The translations under genes and the position numbers were made by a program. A stretch of DNA of 63,980 nucleotides, counting the filler, from Asterionella formosa (taxonomy: Eukaryota): assembly GCA_002256025.1 (NCBI GenBank). It is 16 parts of 16 records of this genome, joined end to end, with 100 filler letters (N's around TTAATTAATTAA, not from the genome) between each part and the next. Parts side by side here need not be neighbours in the genome. Positions count along the whole stretch, not along the records: positions 46,908 to 48,240 come from NKIB01002946.1; positions 48,341 to 49,672 come from NKIB01002948.1; positions 49,773 to 51,104 come from NKIB01002949.1; positions 51,205 to 52,536 come from NKIB01002950.1; positions 52,637 to 53,967 come from NKIB01002952.1; positions 54,068 to 55,398 come from NKIB01002953.1; positions 55,499 to 56,829 come from NKIB01002954.1; positions 56,930 to 58,260 come from NKIB01002955.1; 8 more parts are not named here. One strand, given 5' to 3'. Below, piece after piece: positions 46,908 to 60,004 of this stretch. The stretch's first letter is position 1. Each line of letters begins with the position of its first letter. Under the pieces are notes generated by a model. It did no database searches, had not been told where the DNA came from, and saw nothing but the letters and a program-made list of their open reading frames with translations.

Positions 46908-47640
46908 GCCTGGGCCATCTGGGCATCCTTCTGCACCCAACACAACATCGACAACAGCCTTGCCCCCTACCCGGATCCCATCCCCATCCTCCAAGTCTTC
47001 GCTCATCGCTACTGCACCGGTCGCCTCGCCCCCAGCGGTAAACCTGTCCGGGCTCGCAAAGTGGAGGCTGCCGTACGCAATATCAGCCAGACGTTGGCCA
47101 GCCTGGGGTCCCCCCCGGTTGAACACCTTTGGCCACATTGATTTCCACCTTCAACGCCAACAACTCGTGTATGCAAAACACGACCCGCCCCCAGACCAAC
47201 TCGCGTCAAACCCATCCCTCTCCAGCTTCTCCTCCATGCCCTGCACACCGCACGCCGAAGCCCCCTCGCCCAGGATCAGGCCACTATTGACATGGCCATT
47301 TTAGCTTACTATTTTCTCATGCGCCCTGGCAAGTACTGTGGCCTGCCCTCCCCACTCCTCAACACCTGTTCATTGTTTCGTCTCCAGGACATTCAGATGT
47401 GGATTGGCGCTCGCCGCCTCACTATCCTCACCTGCCCCATTGCGGACATCGAACGCGCCACTTTCGCCACCCTCACATTTACAAACCAGAAGAACGGCGT
47501 TTGTGGGGAGGTCATTGGCCACGACCTCAGCAGCCACCTTTATGCCTGTCCAGTCCGTGCCCTCGCCCGCCGACTCATGCACCTCCGCGAGGCCCAAGCG
47601 AGCCTTAATGCCTACTACTTTCATCACTCTTGGCACTATT
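46908..47640 (+). mobile_element. Degenerate tyrosine recombinase of a DIRS/Ngaro- or Crypton-type element
   Basis: Across frames: RVKPIP, AYYFLMRPGKY (catalytic Arg box), LTFTNQKNG and ACPVRALARR. Frameshifted, C-terminal catalytic part missing, high GC. Confidence 0.75.
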
Positions 47641-49772
47641 GCTCAAGAACAGACCAGCCAAGATGTGCGATGGTTTCTGTCCTTTCGAGGATCACAGGGC
47701 TCAGTATGGTGATGATGATACTATGTATCCTCATTACCACATCAAGACGAATTTCAGTGTTCCTTTTACTACTGACCAGTTTAAGAGTACTTGCGACAGT
47801 ATGGACAAGTTACTTGAGATTGGCATGTTCAAGTATTTCCAGAGAGATCCTGAATTGTCCATGAAGAAACTCTATCTTTGATTGATCAACGCGTATGAGA
47901 ATGAGTCCTTTCTCCCTGATCCGCGAGGGATACAGGACTCATGTGGATTATCCACTGCTCTATTTTCTTGCTTTTTTCACTCATGTGAGCAAAAGTCTTG
48001 AGGCTCTATAGGAAGATTGTACATTGGTCGCATCAATGTACGTGACCCTAATGCTGATGATAGGCAGTACAAGTGGAAAGTTAGGATCACCCAAATTCCC
48101 CTTGACACCTTCTCCACCTCTAAAATCCCTTTGGAGATCAATGAGATTATGACTTTCTTGTCCAAATCTTTTGGTAACGATTGGAATTCCGTTGTTACCA
48201 ACCAAGCTCTATACGCAAATCAGCTCCAGAAGAAGCTTCANNNNNNNNNNNNNNNNNNNNNNNNNNNNNNNNNNNNNNNNNNNNTTAATTAATTAANNNN
48301 NNNNNNNNNNNNNNNNNNNNNNNNNNNNNNNNNNNNNNNNCGGGATATGTAATACATTCACCTATTTATGATGGAAGGTCGCTGCATACTTGCTAGTAGC
48401 AAGGCTACGTCAAATGATAGCAACTATCATGTATTCAAAAGGCACAAAACCAGCAACATTTATGGGCATCTACGAAAAGCCACACAAAGGGCTTGTATTT
48501 ATCAATACAGCAGATGGCAATATATAAAACAGTAAATCCAAATTATGACCATGTAGGCATGTGACAACAACGAACGCGATGGTCGTCAATAAATGCAAAT
48601 ATATACCCGTGTATTTGGAAACGAGCGACAGGGACGAGGGATCATTTAGCCGTACTGAAAATGAAAAATTCCCCTGCTTTCATGACTTTTATGTTGTATA
48701 CAGACAATAACATAACGAGGACGCGAGGCTTCAAAAGATTCTTTCTTTTTAGGTTCATTGACCTGCAGGCGTGGACATTGCACAAAAGAGCAAATGGGAT
48801 TGAACGCTTTGACCTGGTACCAGTACCGGTATATGTAGTGCACATTCAGAATGCGAGTGTTCGTCATAATGACACTCTACTACCCCCGGTATTCAAGTAC
48901 CGGTATTTTGATCTCCTTCCTAAATACCAGGGTCCCTGGTACCAGTACAACGATCAAGAAATGGAGTGATCATTTGGTGTGTTGTTCGACATTTTGACCT
49001 GAGCATGGTATGTGGCATATGCTATACTGTACCTTGTACTGTTGTATGATTCTACCCAGCTAATATAGTAGGGGTATGTAGGCCGAAGTTACATCGGTAA
49101 TATAATAGTCTATCAGATACAAGCCATCCATCATGTGTACAGAGACTCCCAAATCATCTGTATATGCGAAAACCACTACCGGTAGGTAACAACAGTACCG
49201 GTTATGATACATCGAAGCAATACTGATGTCAACATTACAAAGCTACCTAGATTCCATCTTCCACACCACTTATATTGTCTTCTTTTCATCGAACCAGATC
49301 ACTGCCGGTGAAGAAATTGTAGAAGTTGTAAGAGTGTATAATTAATAGTCATTAATAATGCCGCAATGTTGTTTCATTCTCTATTATTAGTAATGGGTTA
49401 ATGGTTTAGTCTATAATACATATACGACCTAGTTATATTTTTGAATGTGTATGTAATGTGCATGCCAGGTCTCGTCAACTTGATCAAACTCAGTATATTC
49501 AACGTAAAGCGCATATATGAGTTAGTTCATTGGAAAGTACCTTTCTCGTTCAATCATCGACAAAAGTCAAGCACACGAGCACACATACCTGTTTGTTGGG
49601 TTAGGTTTTCGTTTTGCGGTGAGGCCGCTTACTATTTTAGAAATACAGACACGAGAATGCAAGACAGATGGGNNNNNNNNNNNNNNNNNNNNNNNNNNNN
49701 NNNNNNNNNNNNNNNNTTAATTAATTAANNNNNNNNNNNNNNNNNNNNNNNNNNNNNNNNNNNNNNNNNNNN

Positions 49773-50072
49773 AGCAATTCTGCGCATAGGATGGACGTTG
49801 TCCGTGACCTTGCCTTCTATTCCGGCGTTCGCAACATTCTCGTGGATGATCTGTCGATTCTTCTCCGCCCGCTCCCCATCAAAGCCAAGTACATCAGCTG
49901 CTATATCAACTGCAGCTCCTCCTATCTGATCGATGACTCTATCGGTCACATCAGTTAGGTGTGTTGTTCTCTTTTGAAGGCTTTTCGCCTCCGCATTGTC
50001 AACTTCTGTTTCCGATGATAACTCTTGATTCAAAGGGGTAACGACGGCTTCAGGAGATTCAGCGTCGGTCAT
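49773..50072 (-). CDS. 5' fragment of an unknown protein
   Basis: ATG-initiated, coding-like ORF running into the contig end; no recognisable motif. Confidence 0.45.
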
Positions 50073-50739
50073 GGTATTTCGTGTTGCTGAAAGGATCGCA
50101 ATCTGAAACTATTTATGTGAACAGAGGCAGTTCTCGATCTCGATTGAATTTGACGATCACGCTTAACATACAAATAATGATGAGGGTTCGCGGGAGCGCA
50201 GGAGGCAACGTATAGATATGTATATGGATATACCGGCATTTTTATGCATAAAAATAGAATTGCGAACATACCATCGCTTCTATACACATAGTGATAGATA
50301 CACTGCCATGTATGTACTTCATATTGAAGTAAAAGAAAACCAACAATGCATTGCTGAGGAAGGGAAAATGGGGAGAACTTGTGTACGGTAGGTAGTAAGT
50401 AGGGCTAGGATAGCAGTACAAAAATACTAAGGTACCTGGTACCAGGTACTATGTCGACATGAATACAAAATATTGTGTGTGTAGGACCAACACCGTACCC
50501 CAGGTACCGGAAACCACAGCCATCCAGCCACCATCAAACAACCTGTATGTAGCACCGAATCTGCTGCTGGTGTGCATGACTGAATTTAATAAACCGTACT
50601 ATACCGGGTAATATATGTTGCATATTCATAGTATGTATAATATATAAGCAGTGCATGATGCGGCTTGCGGCTCGCCTCGTCGTCTCATCTTATCATATAA
50701 TTTTACTTCTTTTGTCGACATTGCGATCATCCAACAAAA

Positions 50740-51104
50740 ATGGCATCAGCAAAACCCCAGCAAGCAACAGAAAAAGATGATAATCATATAATCCTCTTCT
50801 ATCGATATCATGAGCTATCATCCGATCGAGCTCTCATGGAAGAATATAGAACAGCGTTGGCGCGACTTTGTTCAGTTCTGCGTCTGAAAGGTCGCATTTT
50901 GGTTGGCTGCAGTGACAAGGCAGAAGGCATCAATGGGACTCTGGCAGGAATGCTCAACGGCGTTCGAATGTTCACCCACGCCCTCCTCGGGAAGGATTAC
51001 CTTGAAAGTCAGAATCATATCATTATCGACTTGGACGAGCAAGCAACTTTCATCCTCAATACCTTTTGGGGCGACTGCAAGGCCTTCGCGGACAAAGCAG
51101 GCGT
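50740..51104 (+). CDS. 5' fragment of TrhO/UPF0176 (TSTD2-like) rhodanese-family protein
   Basis: IILFYRY...LKGRILV...EGINGTLAG, the N-terminal acylphosphatase-like domain signature. Confidence 0.8.
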
Positions 51105-51708
51105 NNNNNNNNNNNNNNNNNNNNNNNNNNNNNNNNNNNNNNNNNNNNTTAATTAATTAANNNNNNNNNNNNNNNNNNNNNNNNNNNNNNNNNNNNNNNN
51201 NNNNTGTGAAGAATATAATATAAAGCATTAATCAAACCAGCAAAATATCGGAAGCAATATTGCTCAAGGGAGGTTCGGGAAATGAAGATTGTCGGTTTGA
51301 GCTTTTTTACCGTAAGGTTATTACCATGGGTATAAGAAGGCTATGTTTCGCTTTATCCCAGAGGCAGAAATCTTGAAATCCTTCTTTCAAGGCTTGTTTC
51401 TGCAGGGACAGTATATTTAACAATTGCACAGGTCTCGGTACCTGGTACCTGGTGAAGGCGCTTTTACCTGCTAGGAGCACCAGGTTACCCTGGTGTCACC
51501 CTGGTGCCTGGCTCAAAGCCATAGATAAATTTTTTATCATACAAGTGGTTATTTTTATAGGCGACGGTTAGAAAATATTATATCGTTTGCATGTTTTTTC
51601 ATTTGTAGTTGTTGCATCGTTTTTAGACTGATGGTGTGCTTGTTGGTTCTCTCTCCTCGTATTTTTTGCAGTAGTTGTTGCATCATTCTTAGACTTGTGG
51701 TCCTCCCA

Positions 51709-52110
51709 TCATATCTTCTTTTTATGTAATGGGAGCAACCAAAGGGTGCTGAGGAAGTGGCTCCGCTGGTGCTGCAGCATCGCCACGCATCTCATGGTGT
51801 CATTGAATCTAGTAAGTAGCAGTTGTTTCGTTGTTGGTAATGGAAGATTGCCTGCTTGCTTGTACCTCGTTGCCATTGTTTTCGTTTGTTCTACTGTCCA
51901 CACAGCTGACTGTTTGTTAAGCGATCTGATTGCATAACCTTTGTTTGCAAGCGCCATGTGCGCATCTATTTTCAGATTCTCTCGCTCACTCTTCTGCACT
52001 TCTTCCGCATGCTTCTTCCTTTTTAGCTGGTCATCGACCACTTCAGGACCCAACAAGTACCTGCCTGCAGCGACATGAAGACCAGATGAGTATTGTTTAT
52101 TTCTTGGCGA
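51709..52110 (-). mobile_element. Diverged C-terminal relic of the pogo-like transposase family
   Basis: SSGLHVAAGRYLLGP and KTMATRYKQAGNLPLPTTKQLLLTRF align with TAGLHFAVGNTCLGP and KTMVTWYKRNGDAPLPITRQNLLARY. Confidence 0.7.
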
Positions 52111-52636
52111 TTGAATTACGGTCTCTGACATGAAAATATGACTCCATTTTTTGGCATTCAAGAAATATTGCATTCATCTACTAAGAGTGAGGAATTTACT
52201 CATTTAATGCTATAGTGCATGGTCAATGGCGGTTAAATGCAACTAAATATATATTAAATATTAAATTTTCAAGACAAATGTATACATGTATTTCCCGGAG
52301 ATGCCGGCTCAATGGTATAATATTTTTTTTGCCACTTTTGGACCGATTGCTGCTTTCCGACACATTTATCTGATTATCTAAAACCCAAGACCTAATTAAC
52401 AACTAGATATACTTCAACAATTGATGCCTTCTTGGTGTCATTCAAAGCCAAGTTGCTAATTCACCACAACCATTTTCTTGCACCTTAGCATTGGTACAGC
52501 AAATAAGACGACATCAGACAATCAATAACACGGTTTNNNNNNNNNNNNNNNNNNNNNNNNNNNNNNNNNNNNNNNNNNNNTTAATTAATTAANNNNNNNN
52601 NNNNNNNNNNNNNNNNNNNNNNNNNNNNNNNNNNNN

Positions 52637-53655
52637 CCATTGCCGACGCAACTGTGCTTGGATTGAGCTCTACATTGAACGACGTATTCCTTACGAACGG
52701 CATTGCAATGATTTTGTCTACCATTATGATTGGACAGCTCACTGCTCAGATCAACGCCGCCAACTGTTTGCTTGATTTTATCAATTCATACTTCATGCTC
52801 TTCACTACTTATGTGTCCCTTGGAATTGAATTCTCTGGCCTTCTGCATTCGGTATATCTTGTTCAAATCTTCTTCTCCAAGATCACTAAGACTCCTATCG
52901 ACTCGAAGGAGCCCCCTCGTAATGCTGGTCAGAATGTTTTCTTTTGGGCCCGTGTCGTCTTGTCTGTTACAGTCCTTGGATTTGCATTTGCAGTCACGTT
53001 GACAGCCTTGTTTGCTGGAAAAACAAAGATGTGGGGAGCGATCCCCCCATATGTCTCAGTGATCCTGTTGTTCGTCCTCATGGGCTTTGTCGGTATGATG
53101 GAGGGTATGCAGATTGCCCTTTTCGCTGTTATCAACATGCCCGAGGAAGAACTGAAGAAGCATACCATGGCTCACAAGAGTTGCGAGTTGACTTTCACTG
53201 GGCAAAACTTGCAAGCTTTCTTGGTTGGTCGCCAGATCTGTGTGACCGTTTGCATGTTCGTTGTTGCGCGCATCACGTCTCTTGACTACACAACTGGCGA
53301 CAACAACATTTTTGGCGTATCTGATGGACTCCAGAACTTTTTCAACACTGGCCTCATGGGAGCCATTATCACCACCATTGTTGGGTCGCTGGCATGGCGT
53401 ATTATTGCATCATCTTTCCCACTTGCCTTCCTTTCCAATCCTCTCATCTACCTGATCATTAGATTGTGCCTTCTCCTTGAAGCCACTGGTCTGTGCTCTG
53501 GTGCGTGGTTGTTAGCGTTGGTCCACAAGCAAATTGCTGGCTACCAACCTGATGAGGTTTATATTGGCACCTCCGACGAGCGTGCTGCCGCAGACGATGT
53601 TGATGTTGAACAAGTGGATGAGGCTGTTGCTCTCGCTGAAGAGGATAGAGCGTAA
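52637..53655 (+). CDS. SIT: Silicon transporter, C-terminal part (5' truncated)
   Basis: GQLTAQINA, CLLDFIN, IEFSGLLH, MMEGMQIALF and FLVGRQ (GxQ motifs), SLAWRIIASSFPLAFLSNP, DEVYIG; multiple TM segments. Confidence 0.95.
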
Positions 53656-54067
53656 AGGCATGTTCGTGTTCCTGATGCTCATTCCCGACAGATTACACTC
53701 GTAAGAATCCTACGAAATCACACAGGATCAACGAAAAATGCTTACAAGCATGAATAAAAATGTCCGTTTAAACTACCGGTATATGTTAATAATAATAAGT
53801 TTTAATTAAAAACAAGTTTCCGACCACTTTCTTTTCGTTAAGGGTCGTTCTTATCATTCCGAATTTGCTGTATCATTTCCGGGTTGTGGGCAAAAAATGA
53901 CGGTTGGTATCAAAACACGGTATCAGCAACGGTAACTTGATGGTATCAATTTTGTATCATTGATACANNNNNNNNNNNNNNNNNNNNNNNNNNNNNNNNN
54001 NNNNNNNNNNNTTAATTAATTAANNNNNNNNNNNNNNNNNNNNNNNNNNNNNNNNNNNNNNNNNNNN

Positions 54068-55398
54068 ATCAAGATTGGTAGCAGCTTCACTTTTGATGAA
54101 GCCCACTTTACCTCTTCCAAACGCCCTCCTGGGCCTCAATTTCTCTTTGACCTTGGTCTCCACCAATCTACTATCCTGGAGCCCCATACTGAGCCAGTGT
54201 CCACAACCATTACTGCTGTTGCCCCTGAACCACCTTTTCCTCTGTGTGCACCTATGACTCCTCCACTCCATGCATGTGCTTTTCCCCTACCCTTTGGGGA
54301 AAACTTCACACCTCCTCCTTCCCATGCCCTCCTTCTTCCTTCTCGTGGTGATCATCCTACCATTGCTGCCGCTGCTGCCCTTTCTGCTCCAGAAGTAATG
54401 TCAATTGAATTGTCAGGGAATCCTTTTGGCCCTAGCTTTGTTGAATCTATTCCAATCACAGGTACACATATCACAGCTGGCCTGGAAGTTCAATTTGATC
54501 CCATTCGAGGCTGCCTTTGCTTGCTATCCTGCACCCCTGGTACACCTGCTGCCCGCATCAGTCGCTGGCGCTCTCGTCTTCGCTTTGCTTATATCTTATC
54601 TGTAAATGATGTTCCTGTTTCCACCATTACTGATCTGGTCTCTGCCATTGCTCATGCACGTACTACTTCTCCCCATGCCTCCACCTGCAACATCTCTTTT
54701 ACCTTTGATGACATCCACAACACTCTTTCAGCTCAGGGTCTCCCTCAATTATATTTTGACCAACTTCGAGATATACGTAAAATTCAACAAAGCTTGCACA
54801 CAGATTTTTCCGTCCCTCAAGCCAGTCGTTTAACTCGAAAGGGCCTTCAAACCCAACCTGACTGGTTGGAATGGCTTGCTGCTGAGTTCCACCAATTAGA
54901 TCAATATGCACAGCAGGATATGTTTGGTGATCCTTGCCCTCCTCCTCTTGATGCTTCCATCTTTCATTGGGTATGGATATACAAAATCAAGGAAGAAGAA
55001 CAAAACCGAAAAAAGGCTAGGGCTGTTTGTGATGGTTCTACTCGTGGGGGCCAAGCTCAAATTCATGGTCCCACATATGCACCTACCCCTGACATGACGG
55101 ATATGCGTCTCTTCTTTGCACTTGCTGCTCTTGAGAACAAATTGGTCTTTGGTGCTGACGTTTCCAATGCCTTTGCTGAAGCCACTGCCCCTGAACAGGT
55201 GTATTACATGCGTGTTGATACCCAATACCGTGAGTGGTGGGCTAGTAAAGGTCATCCACCCATTCCTGTCGGTTATGTCATTCCAATAAGAAAGAACTTA
55301 CAAGGTCATCCTGAAGCTCCTCGCCAATGGTCCCGCCACATTGATACCATCTTGCAGGAATACAATTTTGTCCCCACAGTTCATGCTCCTTGCCTCTA
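54068..55398 (+). mobile_element. Ty1/copia (CoDi-like) pol fragment: linker with PDZ-like segment and reverse transcriptase N-part
   Basis: WIYKIK, KARAVCDGS, TYAPT, ADVSNAF and KNLQGHPEAPRQW (RVT_2 motifs). Confidence 0.9.
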
Positions 55399-55498
55399 NN
55401 NNNNNNNNNNNNNNNNNNNNNNNNNNNNNNNNNNNNNNNNNNTTAATTAATTAANNNNNNNNNNNNNNNNNNNNNNNNNNNNNNNNNNNNNNNNNNNN

Positions 55499-56707
55499 GC
55501 ACCTCACACAAGCAAAGAGAGACTTACTCACCAAGAAGGCTTTGTACCATCTTCCATTTGCAATTGAGAAGACAGATGTAGTTGGAATTGTTGCACATGC
55601 TTGGGAAAAAAGTTTTGCGAGATTACGCACAAACAAAAAAGCGGTAGCAGAGCGAGGCTGGGGACCTTTGAACTATAATTGTTTGTTGAATCCTGAAATA
55701 CAGCTGACAAAATTTGGTGTTGTCCCATTGAATAGAATCTCACACAGCAACAGAACCTCTATTACACCTGACCAGCTCAACCTGCGAGAAGGACTTTCAG
55801 GAACTCTTACAAATCAAATCGTTGAATACATAAACAGAGAAGATGTGCGAAATGGTAATGATGCAGCAGAACATGCCAGGAAAAGAAAACAAACAGCACA
55901 AGCAGCAATCGACACACACAAACGAATGACCGCAGGACTGCACTTTGCTGTTGGAAACACTTGTCTAGGACCACCGCTTTTTGAGCATATGCTGGAAATC
56001 AAACGCCGGCATGAAATCCAGGAACAAAACAAGGAGCAGAAATTGAATCAACGGTTTTTTGAATTGTCACAGAAGGTACAGGCCATCAGAGAGACTGGAA
56101 AGGAAGCTGGAAGCTACAACGTAGCTGAACTGAAAACAATGGTGACATGGTACAAGCGCAATGGCGATGCGCCGCTTCCAATAACCAGACAGAACTTGTT
56201 GGCAAGATACTTGGAGACTTGTTGCCGTGGAGAAAAGCATTCTCCATATCCAATTCGGCCTCTTGATGTTGTGCTTGTGGGAGGGCAGGAGCTTAGTAGG
56301 GATGAGGGCGATATTGCAGTGGTGTTGATAGGCACAAGCATTTAATGTGGCTCAATGCATTTGTGTGTGATCGTGATATAAATATTGGATGCGAAAATTC
56401 TTATAAATAATTTTGCGAAAACCAAACAGGGTAATCCGTGATCATAATGGTATATAAAATTATATACAATTATAGATAAAAATTTAAGTACTGCTGTGAC
56501 CCATTACCAGCAAATTTTGTCCACATAAAATGGTTCGTATCTCAGTACCTCGACCTTCAATGAGAATACCGACTGATCCGCAACCTGCTGACTCCTTTGG
56601 TTAACAAGACCTGGAAGTTTGATTCTCGCAAGGCATGGAATAGGTTTAGTCGAACTAATCAAACGAATAGGAGAACTCAGTGGGTCACAGCAGTTCTTTA
56701 CTGGTAC
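55499..56707 (+). mobile_element. Second copy (or allele) of the pogo-like element: transposase C-terminus and 3' end
   Basis: Near-identical to the reverse complement of ~19310-20520; similarity ends after TTTACTGGTAC. Confidence 0.9.
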
Positions 56708-56929
56708 CAGGTATCAGGTACCGTTATCCCTATGGCATACGTTTTGAAGCGATGCGACGAATGCAAACGATATGGAATACCACTATGCAGGAATTCTATT
56801 GTGTCGCAGTCCCGTACTCTCCTTGCTATNNNNNNNNNNNNNNNNNNNNNNNNNNNNNNNNNNNNNNNNNNNNTTAATTAATTAANNNNNNNNNNNNNNN
56901 NNNNNNNNNNNNNNNNNNNNNNNNNNNNN

Positions 56930-57666
56930 AACGTTTTCGTTTTGGCTTGGTTTACGAGTCCGAAGGCGATTCCGGTGCAGCTCATGATGAGCAACTGGTA
57001 CGCCTTGTCGTTGGCCTCGTAGATAGCCCTGACTCCTTTGTCTGTCTCGACTTCGTACTCTTCGTCAGAACACGGGTTGTGGTTCTTGGAGTACATCGTT
57101 CGGAATCCTCTTGCCTTCGCCAGAGCGAGCGTTTTAACGCTCCACTGGTACCAGTTCGTTTCGTTGCCATCAAACTTGATGAGCCTCATGCTCTCTTCAG
57201 ACATTTCTGTAGACATGTTAAAACACTTAAGTTCGTTTATAAACGTGTTAAAGTATTACCTTTTGTATAGATCTATATCGTTAGACAAAGAAGACTATAG
57301 ATAGAGACGTTCGTTTCTCTTTCCGTTTCTATATTCTTATTGTGAGTTTACTAATCTAGTTTAGGTTGTTCTGTTTGAACAAAACAAACGAACTATTCTC
57401 CAAATGCTGTTTGCATTTCTAGGAACATACAATCATAGATAGACCCATGTCTATCTCACACTTACTGATCATAGGTATTTAACCATGATCATTCATTTCA
57501 AACTATCGGTCTTCCGAAATAGCTTATATTGTCCGGCTCATAATAGTCGGAGTAACAAAGTATAATGTGTGGTTGATGAGAGCTTGGTACATCAAAGTTG
57601 ACTCATTCGAATCGTTTGACTCGTTTGACTCCGAGTCCTAACTACGTAGATGAGCTCACTTTAACA
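56930..57666 (-). mobile_element. Copia 5' region: gag N-terminus (57216 to 56930) and putative 5' LTR/UTR
   Basis: FDGNETNWYQWSVK..NDKAYQLLIMSC gag pattern. Possible LTR start TGTTAAAG at 57666 is tentative. Confidence 0.75.
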
Positions 57667-58360
57667 TACTAAGTCATTCTACACTCACCTACATTATTTC
57701 TGATTTCTTTGTCATTTGATGCTGTTCTTTTTCTCTCAAGAAATTTCTTGTTCTTGCTCTTCTGTTTGTAAGTTCATGAGAGGAAATTTACTTTATCAAT
57801 TGCTCTAAGAAAGATGTTGCTACAAGAAGGCATGAGAAGAAAAGATCCTGGATGCCTTTGCAGGAATTGTCAATGACAATGGATGCAACAATTATTTTTT
57901 TATACTGTTTGGCAGTTGCGGCTGATGCAATGCCGTGCAATTTTCTGGAAGACAATACATCAAGTACAGGCTTGTCTCACCCTCCACTAGCCAGCAGTGA
58001 TCAATTGATTGAACCTATCCACTTTAAAAAAAATCAAAAGCCGAAATTTCACCAGATAGAGCTGCTGACATCTCCAGACAGTTCATTAACCCTCTAGAAA
58101 TTGATTCCTTTATCTCCGAAGGTAACGGTAAGATTCATAAATAATTATTTTCTTCAGCTAAGTTTGGAGTAGAAAAGGAAGCAGCATCTGAAGTCCATTT
58201 TCCCGGAAAGTTGCATGGTCAAATTCAATCAAAAGATGCACTCAAGAATAGCCCTTTTTCNNNNNNNNNNNNNNNNNNNNNNNNNNNNNNNNNNNNNNNN
58301 NNNNTTAATTAATTAANNNNNNNNNNNNNNNNNNNNNNNNNNNNNNNNNNNNNNNNNNNN

Positions 58361-58982
58361 TGGCCGCCTCCCACAGTCCCTGTAGGGTCTGACGGAATTC
58401 TTTGGGGTGGGTAAGATAAAACCAAGTAGTACCTGGTATCTGCCACAAAAATTTCCCGATGGCCTTGCTTGCGGCTTTGATGGCTTCTTGCACTTGTTGT
58501 GGGATGCCCTTGGATGGCGGTGCGCTCGTGAGTGCCTTCGGAATGGTCGTCTTTTTGGTCTCGGTCGAGAAATGCATCCGGCGGTCGTTCGTTCGAGCCA
58601 ATCCTCCCAACAATGTCGAATTGAAATGTGCCGTCACGTAATGCCGGGCATATGCTGGGTGCACCGAATAGCGCCCAATTGGGAAGGACTGCCCACGGTA
58701 GGGAGGAGCAACCGAGACGATGGACAAGACATTGCTGCTGCTTCCATGAGGACGGACAGTACCAGCTTTGAAACAGCCACGAGCATGCGCAGATGGATCA
58801 AGCGTATGCTGTGGGAGGTAGTTCTGGTTCGATGGGGATTCTTCTTCGGGAAGCGAAGCGTACGAGCAAAGGGCCTTTGTGAGTTCAGTCGTCGATGAGA
58901 AAGCGGATGGAAGAGCTCTATGCGAATAGCGACGCCTGGCCGCAGTGAGCGATCGTTGCGCGATACTACGAGAAGCCAACAT
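58361..58982 (-). CDS. 5' fragment of a mitochondrial protein, probably LETM1/Mdm38-like
   Basis: Arg/Ser-rich transit peptide MLASRSIAQRSLTAARRRYS. The final residues (YLTHPKEFRQTLQGLWEAA) resemble the stretch preceding the LETM1 domain, but the domain itself is beyond the contig end. Confidence 0.5.
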
Positions 58983-60004
58983 GGTTGTATTGTTTTTGTT
59001 CCTAAATAGCCAATGAGAATCGTCGTTCCGATGCAACAATGATGCTGCTAGTGAAGTGCAAAGCCACAATATACACCAGTATTTGTAGATTGAAACTATT
59101 CAACAAGATGTGAGCAGTTGGAGGCTCGTATTTCATATACTATTAATGATCACCGTGTATCATGTGCTTGTGGCAATGTTGTTATAAAACACCGTACATG
59201 TGGTGCCTGGCCTACTGGTAACCTGGTACCAGGTACTGGTAAACTCACTGTTGCCGTCATCACGGGACTTCTCTAGTACCAGGTACCTGGTACATAGACC
59301 ATCGCGGTTTTGATACAGTACCGATACCTGGTTCCTGCAATAGGTACTGCTACATACTATAAATGAGGTTGGTACCAGTAGCATTCCGGTAGACTAATAT
59401 GCCGGCCAAAGTGCATTTCGTCGTATCGGAATGTGAGGTGGACTCTACCTCGTATCTGTATAACGAACGCACAGCACATGATGAATCATGTGTTGATGAT
59501 ACAGTACATTTATGAGTAGGGTTCTCTTCCCACATCGACGTCATGCAACCATCGACTGTACAGATCTGCCAACCTGTTGTAGCAGGTACAATAATGTACG
59601 TATACTCCAACCACAATCAATTGTTCTTGTCGGAGTTGAGAGGAGTAGGAAGCTGTTACGTAATGCAGGTGCACGAAGAAGGGACTTGACNNNNNNNNNN
59701 NNNNNNNNNNNNNNNNNNNNNNNNNNNNNNNNNNTTAATTAATTAANNNNNNNNNNNNNNNNNNNNNNNNNNNNNNNNNNNNNNNNNNNNAAAACTTCAC
59801 ATGAAACAGTTAAAAGTAATCTTTTTTACGTGAAGAGTGGCATTAATGCATGTGAAGTACCACATAATTAACACTCATACGTAGACGAAATTTCGAAAAG
59901 TGGCGTATTTCGCGTCTTAGATGCACGCGTAGCTACCAGGAATAAATTTCTGTGTCCTTATTTTTATCTCATCGACCAGGGGAATAGCTTACTGGTACTA
60001 CTGG

